A stretch of 64,000 nucleotides of DNA from IMG/VR virus record IMGVR_UViG_3300021963_000037, positions 75,481 through 139,480 of that record. One strand, 5' to 3'. The position numbers and the translations under genes were made by a program. Below are positions 36,542 to 46,042 of the stretch, in pieces. The notes under the pieces are model-generated. The model was not told the DNA's origin. It was given only the letters and a program-made list of their open reading frames with translations, and ran no database searches. This DNA comes from a virus. Position 1 is the stretch's first letter; every line of letters begins with the position of its first letter.

Positions 36542-37208
36542 AGACCAAATAAAGCAAATGTTCAAAGACAATGGCGGATATGCCAAAGCTAAGAGTGTGG
36601 CGACTAATTGGTTTAAAACCTCATTAGATGCTAGAGAGGCAATGGAAGCCAAACCTACTCGAAAAAGATTTGAACCAGGAAAGATATATGTTTTTAAATA
36701 TGAACATCCAATTTCTGAAGATAGATTAAAATGGTTTGATAAAGCACCTGTTGTTCTAGCACTAGATACTAAAGACCATACCGATATTGGTATTAATTTA
36801 AATCTACTTCCTGCAAAATTTAGACAGGAAATGTTGGATGCTCTCTATATGAGAATGCAAGGCAAAATTAAAATGAATGAAAAGGGTGCTAAAGCAAATG
36901 ATGCTAGAAAACAGAGACCTTTACTCGATCTTAAATATGAAAATGCAAAAAGGTTTTTAGATCGTTATGGATTTGGATTTGCAATTAGAAGATATTTGCC
37001 TAATTTAAAGAAAAATCAAGCAGTCGTTAGCTACGAAAGCTGGCCTAAAATAGCAATATGTGAATTTGCAAAGATACACGGAGCTACAGTTACTCAAATT
37101 CGGAATGAGTTTAAACAATATAATATTGATAAAAACAATAAGCCGAAAGTGATTATGCCACCTAAGGATAACACTGGTAAGAATGACAATAAAAATCTTA
37201 ATATATAA
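36528..37208 (+). CDS. DNA end protector (gp2-like)
   Basis: PGKIYVFKY, WFDKAPVV, GINLNLLP..R, IRRYL. Confidence 0.85.
   Translation: MGYIKDQIKQMFKDNGGYAKAKSVATNWFKTSLDAREAMEAKPTRKRFEPGKIYVFKYEHPISEDRLKWFDKAPVVLALDTKDHTDIGINLNLLPAKFRQEMLDALYMRMQGKIKMNEKGAKANDARKQRPLLDLKYENAKRFLDRYGFGFAIRRYLPNLKKNQAVVSYESWPKIAICEFAKIHGATVTQIRNEFKQYNIDKNNKPKVIMPPKDNTGKNDNKNLNI
37200..37207 (+). promoter_or_regulatory. Putative late promoter AATATATA (portal)
   Basis: Recurring late box. Confidence 0.6.
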
Positions 37209-37230
37209 AACAATAAAAAACTAAAGCTAC

Positions 37231-38832
37231 ATGGCGGGATTTGTAAATAAAAATGGACCTTTTAGTGCCAAGAGACCTTTTAATCTAAGTGATGGATTAA
37301 AAAGGCTTTCGTCATTTGGAATGTACTATGACGATCTAGTACTTAGACAATCTCAAGCGATTGGACCTATGGAAGATCAGTTTGGTTACGGCCAAATGAA
37401 CATGATGGGTTCAGACAATGATGATATTTATGGAGCATTTGCTGCTCTATCAATGGCTGATACAAACATGCGTAAGAACATTCCGTTCTTCGACATGAAT
37501 TACAAAACAAAGAGAGAAGAGTTAAGAAGCTTCTCAATGCATGATGAGATTGAGGACATTCTTGATATTCTTTGTGATGAAGCTATTGTATACGACGAGA
37601 AAAACTTCATCGCTAATCCTGATATTATCGGTATGGAGGTTTCTGAGGAGGTTAATAGTTATCTTAATAAAGCATACAGAAACATCTATCAATATTTTGG
37701 TTTTGCAGCTGATCAATCAGCGTGGTTCTATTTCCGCAAATGGCTTGTTGATGGTTATCTATCATTTGAGATTATCTACAATCCAGAAATGACGGAAATC
37801 ATCGGTTTTAAAGAAATCGATCCAGTTACACTAGTACCTGGTTATAATAAAGAAGACGGTAAAAAAGTTTGGATCCAGTTTAAAGATGATCCAATTAAGG
37901 AGAGAAAATTATATGATTCTCAAATCATTTATATTTCTTACTCTTCTATCACAACAGCGTCTAGAATTTCTTATGTTGAACGTTTAATTAGATCGTTTAA
38001 CTTAATGAGAGTTATGGAACACACCCGAGTTATTTGGGCTGTTACCAATGCTTCTTACAGAATGAAATTCATTATCCCTGTTGGAGGTAAATCTAAAACA
38101 CGTGCTAAACAATCGTTGGCACAATTAATGAATAACTATAAAGAAGTTGTAGATTTCGATTGGGATTCAGGTATGCTGAAAACTAATGGTAAACCAATGC
38201 TACAATTTAATAAAGAATATTGGTTACCATCTAAAGATGGAGAACAACCAGAAATTGAAACTCTTGGTGGAGATGGTCCAGAATTATCAGATACTGAAGC
38301 ATTAAAATATTTCACTGATAAATTAAAAGCAGTTTCTAAAATCCCTTACAATAGATTTATGTATGAAGATGGTGGTGGAGATTTCAATCTTGCTGCTGAT
38401 GGTATGATTCGTGATGAGATTAAATTTGCTAAATTTATTAATCGTTTAAGAAGTTCATGGCAAGAGATTCTTGTTAAGCCACTCTATATTCAAATGTGTC
38501 TTAAGTACCCTGAGTTCTCAGATGATCCTGCTTTCAAAACACAAATTTCATTAAGATATAATGAAGAGAACATGTTTGCTGAATTGAAAGAAATGGAGAT
38601 AATGGAGAAACGTCTTGACTTCATCTCTAACATGAATAGTAACCTTATGATTACGAATCCAGTTACAATGGAAGAAGACCACTACTTCGATCTTGAGTTC
38701 TTAGTTGACAGATATTTAAAAATGTCTCCAGACGATAAAGAAGCTAATAAAGCTTATAAAGCAAGAGCTGAAGCTAAAAAAGCTGAAGAACCACCAGCAG
38801 ATCCAATGGGAATGATGGGTGGAGGAATATAA
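37231..38832 (+). CDS. Portal protein (gp20)
   Basis: FRKWLVDG, EYWLP, EIETLGG, RDEIKFAKFINRLR, FAELKEME. Confidence 0.95.
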   Translation: MAGFVNKNGPFSAKRPFNLSDGLKRLSSFGMYYDDLVLRQSQAIGPMEDQFGYGQMNMMGSDNDDIYGAFAALSMADTNMRKNIPFFDMNYKTKREELRSFSMHDEIEDILDILCDEAIVYDEKNFIANPDIIGMEVSEEVNSYLNKAYRNIYQYFGFAADQSAWFYFRKWLVDGYLSFEIIYNPEMTEIIGFKEIDPVTLVPGYNKEDGKKVWIQFKDDPIKERKLYDSQIIYISYSSITTASRISYVERLIRSFNLMRVMEHTRVIWAVTNASYRMKFIIPVGGKSKTRAKQSLAQLMNNYKEVVDFDWDSGMLKTNGKPMLQFNKEYWLPSKDGEQPEIETLGGDGPELSDTEALKYFTDKLKAVSKIPYNRFMYEDGGGDFNLAADGMIRDEIKFAKFINRLRSSWQEILVKPLYIQMCLKYPEFSDDPAFKTQISLRYNEENMFAELKEMEIMEKRLDFISNMNSNLMITNPVTMEEDHYFDLEFLVDRYLKMSPDDKEANKAYKARAEAKKAEEPPADPMGMMGGGI

Positions 38833-38856
38833 TTCTAAAATAAAAAATCAATATAA

Positions 38857-39198
38857 ATGAAAACTATTAAAACATTTGAACAATTCATTTCTGAAGCTGA
38901 AGCTTTAAAAGCTGAAGATTCTAAGGTATATGTTGACGATCTGTCTTTAGATAGCGGAGAAGTTATTAAAGCTGCTGAAATTCTAGGAGCTATTGCAGCA
39001 TCTGCTACTGAAAAAGAATTTGAAGATTATTTCTTTACTCAATATGGTCAAAATGCATTCAAAGACGGTGATATGTCTAAGTTGAAAGAATACTATAATG
39101 AGACTAAAGAAGAGGAAAATAAAGAAGAAACCGAGAAAGAAGGTAAGAAAAAAGATGATGGAGCAAGCGATCCAACAGCAGACCTTGGTGAGTTATAA
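38857..39198 (+). CDS. Small prohead core/internal protein
   Basis: MKTIKTFEQFISE-A targeting-like N-terminus; lies between portal and protease. Confidence 0.6.
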   Translation: MKTIKTFEQFISEAEALKAEDSKVYVDDLSLDSGEVIKAAEILGAIAASATEKEFEDYFFTQYGQNAFKDGDMSKLKEYYNETKEEENKEETEKEGKKKDDGASDPTADLGEL

Positions 39199-39230
39199 TT
39201 TATTTTTTAAAAAATTCAAAAAATCAATCA

Positions 39231-39238
39231 GATATATA
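39231..39238 (+). promoter_or_regulatory. Putative late promoter GATATATA
   Basis: Recurring late box. Confidence 0.65.
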
Positions 39239-39260
39239 AACAAACATACTGTCAATAAAT

Positions 39261-41255
39261 ATGACTACACAAAGTAAATTACTTATTCTAGAAAGATCAG
39301 GGAACACCCTATCTTTTAACAAGGATGAATCTGGAGCCGGATCTTATGTTCTAGAAGGATGCTTTGGTGAAATTGGTGTAAAGAACAGAAACAATCGTAT
39401 TTATACGGAAGCTGAATATGTTCCACAAATTGAATCATTACAAGCAAAAATCCAGTCATCTAAACTATTAGGTGAATTAGATCACCCACAAAATTTTGAC
39501 ATCTCTTTAAAGAATGTTTCACACGTTATCGAAGAACTATCTTACAATAAAGATACTAAACAGGTAATGGGAAAAATCAGATTATTAGATACAGACGCTG
39601 GTAGACAAGCAAAAGCATTAGTTGATGCTGGAGTTCCTCTACATATTTCTTCAAGAGCAGCTGGTACTGTTGAATCTAACGGTCAAGTTAAAATCAAACA
39701 ATTATTTACTTATGATTTAGTTGCAGATCCTGGATTTGCTAATGCTGAATTAAAAAGAGTTAATGAGTCTTTTGGTTTTGAAGACGCTGGCGACATTCTG
39801 ATTTATGAGATAAATAATCCAGAAAACAATCAAACACAAACTATAGAAGAAAACAAAATGGAACAATCAAGATTCGTATCAACTGAGGATTTCAATAAGT
39901 ATTCTAAGTATTTAGCTACTGAAATCAAAGGTTTAAAAGAGTCTCTAACTGAAAAGAACAACGACACTTTTGCTAAAGAAGTTGAGAATCTTAAAGAGTA
40001 CTCTAGTTACCTTGCTGAGAAAATGAATTCAGTTGTTGAATATAACAACTACTTAGCAGAAAAATTAGATGATTCAATTCAACATGGCGATCATATCGCT
40101 GAGAAATTGGATCAATCAATTCAATACAGCGAAAAAATTGGAGAGTCAGTTAATAAAGTAAAAGAATATTCTAATTACTTAGCTGAAGCATTCAATGATG
40201 GTGCTGCAACTCATGAAAACATGATGAAGTATGTAACTTACTTAAAAGAAAACTTAGAGAAAGTTACTGAATACGCTGAGTATATCGCTGAATCAGTTAA
40301 CAAAAACTTAATTGTTGAAGCTGATGGTGAAGAAGCTGGTCTTCCTGCTGAAAAAATCAAGAAAATGTCTGACGACAAAACTCCAGAAGTAGAATTTGAC
40401 GGTAAAAAAGTAGCAACTGGCGAAGATGCTATCGAAGATACTGCTAAAGAACTTGAAAAAGATCTTAAAGATTCTAAAGCTGAAGGAGAAAACGTTGGTA
40501 AAGAAGTTACTGAAGCCGCTGACGGTTTAACCGGTACTCCAGCTACAGAACTTAAAGATGATTCTAAAGATGTTACAACTGCAGTAGTTGACGCTGATGG
40601 TAAGAAATATGCTAAAGCTGAAGACAGAGCTGAAGATGATGCTAAAGAATTAGATAAAGACTTAGAAGCTGCAAAAGCAACTAAAGGAGATAATGTTGGT
40701 AAAGAAGTAACTGAATCAGAAGATCCAATGGATGCTTATAAGAAAGAAATTTCTGAAAAATTACAAGCACTAGTTGAAAAAGCAACTGTAAAAGTAGCTA
40801 CTGAACCTAACTTCTTTAAATTTATTTCTGAATCTAAAGTAGAAGAGTTCAAAACTCTAGCTGAAGAAGATAAAACTAAAGTTATTTCAGTTGTTGAAGG
40901 AAAAGGATTCTTAACTGAATCTCAAATCTATGCTCTATGGAACAACGCGTTGGCTGCAAAATCAACTGATGAACCAATGGTACTTAAAGCAATGCCTACA
41001 GAATACAGAGAAACTTGGAATGGTTTATCTGAATCTAAAAAGAATCAAATCTTGGCACAGTCTAAATATCATAAATTAGAAACTGAATATCAAGTAAGAA
41101 ACTTTTGGCAACAAAGAGACCTTAGAGAGGTTACTCCAGTAATGGAAAAAATCGAAATTGTTAACGAAAGTAACAAAGTTGAAGAAAAAGCAAACACATT
41201 AGGTTATGATTTAACTGATATGAAAGAAGCTTTTGCTAAAAAATTCAAAAAGTAA
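39261..41255 (+). CDS. Prohead protease (gp21) fused to scaffold (gp22-like)
   Basis: KNRNNRIY, GELDHP, VSH, ISSRAAG, DLVADPGF, followed by about 470 aa of coiled-coil and acidic repeats. Confidence 0.9.
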   Translation: MTTQSKLLILERSGNTLSFNKDESGAGSYVLEGCFGEIGVKNRNNRIYTEAEYVPQIESLQAKIQSSKLLGELDHPQNFDISLKNVSHVIEELSYNKDTKQVMGKIRLLDTDAGRQAKALVDAGVPLHISSRAAGTVESNGQVKIKQLFTYDLVADPGFANAELKRVNESFGFEDAGDILIYEINNPENNQTQTIEENKMEQSRFVSTEDFNKYSKYLATEIKGLKESLTEKNNDTFAKEVENLKEYSSYLAEKMNSVVEYNNYLAEKLDDSIQHGDHIAEKLDQSIQYSEKIGESVNKVKEYSNYLAEAFNDGAATHENMMKYVTYLKENLEKVTEYAEYIAESVNKNLIVEADGEEAGLPAEKIKKMSDDKTPEVEFDGKKVATGEDAIEDTAKELEKDLKDSKAEGENVGKEVTEAADGLTGTPATELKDDSKDVTTAVVDADGKKYAKAEDRAEDDAKELDKDLEAAKATKGDNVGKEVTESEDPMDAYKKEISEKLQALVEKATVKVATEPNFFKFISESKVEEFKTLAEEDKTKVISVVEGKGFLTESQIYALWNNALAAKSTDEPMVLKAMPTEYRETWNGLSESKKNQILAQSKYHKLETEYQVRNFWQQRDLREVTPVMEKIEIVNESNKVEEKANTLGYDLTDMKEAFAKKFKK

Positions 41256-41291
41256 ATTTTTGAAAATTTAGAAAATTCGAAAAAAGAATTG

Positions 41292-41299
41292 AATATATA
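41292..41299 (+). promoter_or_regulatory. Putative late promoter AATATATA (major capsid)
   Basis: Recurring late box. Confidence 0.65.
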
Positions 41300-41397
41300 A
41301 TAAAACAATAAAACGACGATAATTAGATAAGAAGCAAAAATCTAAAGTATGTCGAGCATTACGCTAAAAACAAAAACAAAAAAACACATTCTCAAAA

Positions 41398-42930
41398 ATG
41401 GCAAATTTAATTAATGAAGCTGAAATCAGAGAAACTTGGGCACCGATCATCGAATCTGCTACAGGAATCAACGACGCTTCTAAACTAGCTTGGATGTCAG
41501 AGTACTGCCACAATCATAAATTGTATGAAGATGCAAACATGATGGCTTTAGGTAGCGCTGGTAACATCTTTGGTATGGGTGCTGTAACTTTACCTTCTGC
41601 ATTTGGTACAAACGTAACAAACGCACAAAAAGGTTCTGGTGACAAATCTCCTACTTTATTACCTTTAGCAATGCAAGTTGCTGCACAAACAATTGGTCTT
41701 GATTTAGTACCAGTAATCCCTATGGCTGGTCCAATGGGTCTTTTATCTTACTTAGACTTCGTTTACGAAGGCGGTAAATTAGGAGGTACAACTGCACCAA
41801 CTTACGTAAAAGCAAACGGAACTTATGCTGGTGTAGCTGATTTAGCTGCTGCTACTGCTGGTTCTCCTGCTGTTGCTGTATCTGTTGCTTACGATTTCGT
41901 TGGTAAATCTCGTATCGATGGTTATTCAATCTTTAAAGCTGCTGGAAACCCAATTGCTGCAAACGTTGCTGCTGACTTATTGTTAGCTGTAAATGCAGTT
42001 CTTTCTCCAGATGCTACTGCTACTCAACTTGATGTACAGTTAGTAAAAGCTTTAGAAGATCATATCCCAGGATTCGCTGGAGTTCAAAACTCTTCTAACA
42101 TTTCTGAACCTTTCACAAGAGGAGTTGGAGAACAAACTAATGAGAAGATCATGGGTCTTTCATTGTTCTCTAAAGCTGTTGAAGCTAAGACTTTCCAAGT
42201 TGCAGCTGCAGTAACTCGTGAGCAAGTTCAAGATTTAAAACAATTCGGTGTTGATGCTGTTGCACAAGTTGAAGCTGTTTTAGTTAACGAATTAACTCAA
42301 AACATTAATGATTTAATCATTAACAACGTTGGTTCATTAGGTACATTAAACATTACTAGAGCCGCTGCTGCTGGTGAAATCGATGCAGATACGTTGAACG
42401 TACGTTTAAATAGTACTTTAACTGGTGGTAGAACAGAAGGTTCTGAGCACAGAAAAATCTTAACTGGAATTTTAGCAGCTGCTAACTTGATCGCTAACCG
42501 TGGTCGTCGTGGTGCTGGTAACTTCTGTGTTGTAGGTCCACAAGTTGCTACTGTATTGCAAGCTGTTGCTGGTTTCGTACCAAATCCATTTGCTAATACT
42601 ATTTCTCAAGCTGCTGGTGCTATCTACCCTGTAGGTTCTGTAGCTGGAATTCAAGTTTACACTAACCCAAAATGGGCTTGGAACTACCAAACCGTTTTAG
42701 TTGGTCGTAAAGGAGATGGTAATGGTCCTGGATTAGTTTTCATGCCTTACTTAATGGCTGAATCAGTACAAACTATCGCTGAAGGAACTATGGCTCCTAA
42801 AATCGCGGTTAAATCTAGATTCGCTCTAGTTGAAGCTGGTTTCCACCCAGAAACTCAATACGTAACGTTTGAAATCTACAATGGTGCTTCAGGTACTACT
42901 AGATTCTCTAACTTGTTAAACTTGGTTTAA
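41398..42930 (+). CDS. Major capsid protein (gp23)
   Basis: W.PIIE, PMAGPMG, KAVEAKT, EQVQDLK, RRGAGNF, GLVFMPY, PKIAVKSRF. Confidence 0.95.
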   Translation: MANLINEAEIRETWAPIIESATGINDASKLAWMSEYCHNHKLYEDANMMALGSAGNIFGMGAVTLPSAFGTNVTNAQKGSGDKSPTLLPLAMQVAAQTIGLDLVPVIPMAGPMGLLSYLDFVYEGGKLGGTTAPTYVKANGTYAGVADLAAATAGSPAVAVSVAYDFVGKSRIDGYSIFKAAGNPIAANVAADLLLAVNAVLSPDATATQLDVQLVKALEDHIPGFAGVQNSSNISEPFTRGVGEQTNEKIMGLSLFSKAVEAKTFQVAAAVTREQVQDLKQFGVDAVAQVEAVLVNELTQNINDLIINNVGSLGTLNITRAAAAGEIDADTLNVRLNSTLTGGRTEGSEHRKILTGILAAANLIANRGRRGAGNFCVVGPQVATVLQAVAGFVPNPFANTISQAAGAIYPVGSVAGIQVYTNPKWAWNYQTVLVGRKGDGNGPGLVFMPYLMAESVQTIAEGTMAPKIAVKSRFALVEAGFHPETQYVTFEIYNGASGTTRFSNLLNLV

Positions 42931-42961
42931 TCTGTATTGAAAATCTAACTTAGATTTATAT

Positions 42962-42995
42962 AAAAGGCTCTCCAATGGAGAGCCTTTTCTTTTTT
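42962..42995 (+). terminator. Intrinsic terminator after MCP
   Basis: AAAAGGCTCTCC-AAT-GGAGAGCCTTTT followed by T run. Confidence 0.9.
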
Positions 42996-43046
42996 ACCAA
43001 GAAAAGTAAATATATAAACCATATCCAAACATAAACATAAAAGAAT

Positions 43047-44423
43047 ATGGAACAATCAAAATTTAATAGCTGGTATACCAGAGTTCTAGAGGCCGTTAAA
43101 ATGCCTGAACCGACTGCCACTACCGAAACTGAAGTTGATACAAAACCTACAGGATCTGCTGGTCCAGAAACAGGTTCATCGGCTCCATCTTTTTCAAGAG
43201 AAGAAATCATTAATGATATTGATACTATCATGACTCATCTCTCTCAATTAGGTACTCAAGTTAAAGAAGAACTTGAAACCATTGACGCATTAGAACTTAA
43301 TGAAGCTGGTTCAGAAACAGCAATGGACAAAGTTAAAGATTTCTTATTTGCTCCAAAATATCGTTCAATGCAGAAGAAAGTAAATAAAATGAAGATGAAC
43401 GCATTAGATATGCAAATCACAGTTGATAATCTTTCTGGTTCTGCTAATGCTGATAAAAAACAAGCTATTAAAGATAAAAAAGCTACAATCGACAAGCAAA
43501 TTGATAGTTTACAATCTGCTGTTGATGATAAAGCTAAAGATAGAGGATCTTACGTACAAAAGGTTTTAAAATCTGAAAAGATTAAAGGACAAATGGAACT
43601 AGTTAAGCGTGCTTCTGGTATGGAAGACGATCCAAAGAAAAAGAAAGATTTAGCAGATTCTATGGGCGAATTACAGAAAAGATTTGCTGAAGAACAAGAA
43701 GCTGTTAAACAATTAAAGGCTGATGCTGAAGACGCAAATGCTGATGCAAAAGACGGTAAAGGTGGTGATGATGAAAAACTTCAAAAACAAATTCGTACAT
43801 TAAGAGACCAAAGAAAGGATCTTAGAGAAGATGCTGATGTTATTGCCAAAAGTGAAGATCCTAAAGAAGCTATTAAGAAATGGGATCTTTGGATTAAAGC
43901 TGAGCAAATATCTTTAAAAATTGCTGAATTAGAAGAAGATTCTCAAGATAAAGCAGACGCTGAAGAAGATATTAAAAACTATACACAGAAGAAAGAAGAA
44001 GCTCTTAAAGCTTTAGAACCAAAAGAAGAGCCTACTGAAGAGGAACCAAAAGAGGAACCTAAGGAAGAGCCAAAAGAAGAGCCTAAGGAAGAACCTAAGG
44101 AAGAGCCGAAAGAAGAACCAAAAGAGGAACCTAAGGAAGAGCCTAAAAAAGGAGAACCAGAAGATAAAAATTCTAAAGACGGAATGATCGCAAGATATAA
44201 AGAACTCTTAAAGAAAGCTGAAGAATCTGGTGATGAAGAGAAAATCAAGAAAATCAAAGATAAAATTGCCGCAATTTCTGCAAAAGAATCTTGGCAGTTA
44301 GAAGGTACCGAATTAGGTAGAATATTAGAAGCTGAATTAAGATTATTAGAATCTCAAACTAAATTAAACGAAAATAAATTTAGTATGTCAGTTGCTGATA
44401 GAATGAGAGTTCTATTAGGTTAA
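43047..44423 (+). CDS. Charged coiled-coil putative head protein with EPKE repeats
   Basis: AATATATA box at 43009-43016; SKFNSWY..VLE-A N-terminus, LNE-A site. Confidence 0.6.
   Translation: MEQSKFNSWYTRVLEAVKMPEPTATTETEVDTKPTGSAGPETGSSAPSFSREEIINDIDTIMTHLSQLGTQVKEELETIDALELNEAGSETAMDKVKDFLFAPKYRSMQKKVNKMKMNALDMQITVDNLSGSANADKKQAIKDKKATIDKQIDSLQSAVDDKAKDRGSYVQKVLKSEKIKGQMELVKRASGMEDDPKKKKDLADSMGELQKRFAEEQEAVKQLKADAEDANADAKDGKGGDDEKLQKQIRTLRDQRKDLREDADVIAKSEDPKEAIKKWDLWIKAEQISLKIAELEEDSQDKADAEEDIKNYTQKKEEALKALEPKEEPTEEEPKEEPKEEPKEEPKEEPKEEPKEEPKEEPKEEPKKGEPEDKNSKDGMIARYKELLKKAEESGDEEKIKKIKDKIAAISAKESWQLEGTELGRILEAELRLLESQTKLNENKFSMSVADRMRVLLG
44016..44147 (+). repeat. 12-bp coding tandem repeat (EPKE)n, about 10 units
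   Basis: GAA/GAG CCN AAR GAR units with synonymous variation. Confidence 0.9.
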
Positions 44424-44929
44424 TTAACTTTAGAATTCTTTTTAGCCAATTTTAAAAGCTCTTGTTGTTCATTCAACAGGAGCTTTTTCACATATTTACG
44501 GAATTCTACTGAGGATTTAAGAATTCGGCTATCAACCATTGGAGCCTTTAAAATATCATGGTATTCTGGATGGATAAAGTTTTCTATACTAAAGTCATCT
44601 GTTCTGCAAGTGATTGGCTTACCACTGACGGCACAAACCCAAGGGATTGAGTTGTAATTGTCTAAGAGTTCTGATTTCTCTACGATTGATCCCGTTGACC
44701 AGTCGTAATACATACGATCTTTATACTTGAATGGTTGTACCGAGTAGTTTGTAAGTTCTAATAAGATTTGTACAAATTGGTCGTCTTTGGCTCTATCCTT
44801 GATAATCGGATGATCCGCTAAGAATCTTCTCTGTAGCCTCGATAGGTACTTTAATATGATACCATACTTATTAGATGGAAAGGGTCCACCTGTTCGAACA
44901 ATCTTTGGAAATCTAACTCTAAACGCCAT
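44420..44929 (-). CDS. Hypothetical protein on the minus strand
   Basis: 169-aa ORF filling the gap between + genes; AATAAATA box upstream on minus strand. Confidence 0.75.
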   Translation of the reverse strand: MAFRVRFPKIVRTGGPFPSNKYGIILKYLSRLQRRFLADHPIIKDRAKDDQFVQILLELTNYSVQPFKYKDRMYYDWSTGSIVEKSELLDNYNSIPWVCAVSGKPITCRTDDFSIENFIHPEYHDILKAPMVDSRILKSSVEFRKYVKKLLLNEQQELLKLAKKNSKVN

Positions 44930-44946
44930 ATAGTTTATTTATTTTT

Positions 44947-44973
44947 GAAACTAAAAGAGCATTCTTGATATAA
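44947..44973 (+). promoter_or_regulatory. Putative middle promoter GAAAC-N17-TATAA (clamp loader)
   Basis: Exact motif and spacing. Confidence 0.7.
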
Positions 44974-45004
44974 ATTAAACTAAAAGTGTATAAAAAAATA
45001 ATTT

Positions 45005-45955
45005 ATGGTTCACTCTCTTTTTACAGAAAAATATCGTCCGAAGAATCTATCGGAATTAATCTTACCAGATCGTGTAATGTCCAAATTTGAAAATGGAATT
45101 ACACAGAACATGTTATTAGCTGGAAGTCCAGGAACTGGTAAAACATCAACAGCAAAGGCAATTGTTAATCAATTTGGTTTGCCGTACATTTATATTAATG
45201 CATCAACTGATACTTCAGTAGAAGTTATTCGTACCAGAATTACCGATTTTTGTTCAACTATGTCAATCTTAGATGACCAAGGTAAATTCAAAGTAGTTAT
45301 CTTAGATGAGGTTGATGGAGTATCTGACCAGTTCTTTAAAGCATTACGTGCAACCATGGAACAATTTGCAAGTAACTCTCGTTTTATTGCAACTTGTAAT
45401 TATGTTAATAAAATTCCAGATCCAATTCTTTCTCGTTTTGAAGTTATCAATTTTGACTTTGATAAAGCTGAAGAGACTGAGTTAACTAAGAAATATATTA
45501 AGAGAGTTTACGAAATCTGTGGTAAAGAAGAGATGACCATTGAAAAACCAGCCCTGGTTGAATTTGTTAAACGTAACTTCCCAGATTTAAGAAGCACACT
45601 TAATAAGTTACAAGGTTATAAAACACAAGGAACAGGAAATATCACAATTGATGATGTTAAGAAATTTAACTCAGTTTATAAAGATGCATTTGAATTAATC
45701 TTTAATGAAACTGATCCTGCAAAGAACTATAAGATTTTGGTTAGTGACTATTCAAATAGAGTTGATGATATTCTACAATCTCTAGGAAATGACTTTATTG
45801 AATATGTACAAGCTGAAAAGCCGAATAGTATTAAGCATATTCCTCAAATTGCAATCTGTGTTGCCAAACATCAAGCTCAAAGAGTTAATGTTATCGACCC
45901 AATCATTACAATGTTGAGTTGCTTTTATGAATTACAAACGATTGTAAGATCGTAA
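45005..45955 (+). CDS. Clamp loader large subunit (gp44/RFC-like)
   Basis: EKYRP, GSPGTGKT, INAS, ILDEVD, TCN, SRF, FPDLR. Confidence 0.95.
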   Translation: MVHSLFTEKYRPKNLSELILPDRVMSKFENGITQNMLLAGSPGTGKTSTAKAIVNQFGLPYIYINASTDTSVEVIRTRITDFCSTMSILDDQGKFKVVILDEVDGVSDQFFKALRATMEQFASNSRFIATCNYVNKIPDPILSRFEVINFDFDKAEETELTKKYIKRVYEICGKEEMTIEKPALVEFVKRNFPDLRSTLNKLQGYKTQGTGNITIDDVKKFNSVYKDAFELIFNETDPAKNYKILVSDYSNRVDDILQSLGNDFIEYVQAEKPNSIKHIPQIAICVAKHQAQRVNVIDPIITMLSCFYELQTIVRS

Positions 45956-45971
45956 AATAATTTAAAAATAA

Positions 45972-46018
45972 TTCACTAAACAGTTTTTTATGTCAAGAAA
46001 ATTGTTTATATTTACATA
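45972..46018 (+). promoter_or_regulatory. Putative early (host RNAP) promoter
   Basis: 43/47 identical to 13984-14030. Confidence 0.7.
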
Positions 46019-46042
46019 AGAAACAAATTAAAGATACAATAT

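Noticed and set aside
44016-44147. Short periodic repeats as a CRISPR array
   Set aside because: In-frame 12-bp coding repeats without unique spacers; no CRISPR array or cas gene seen in the window
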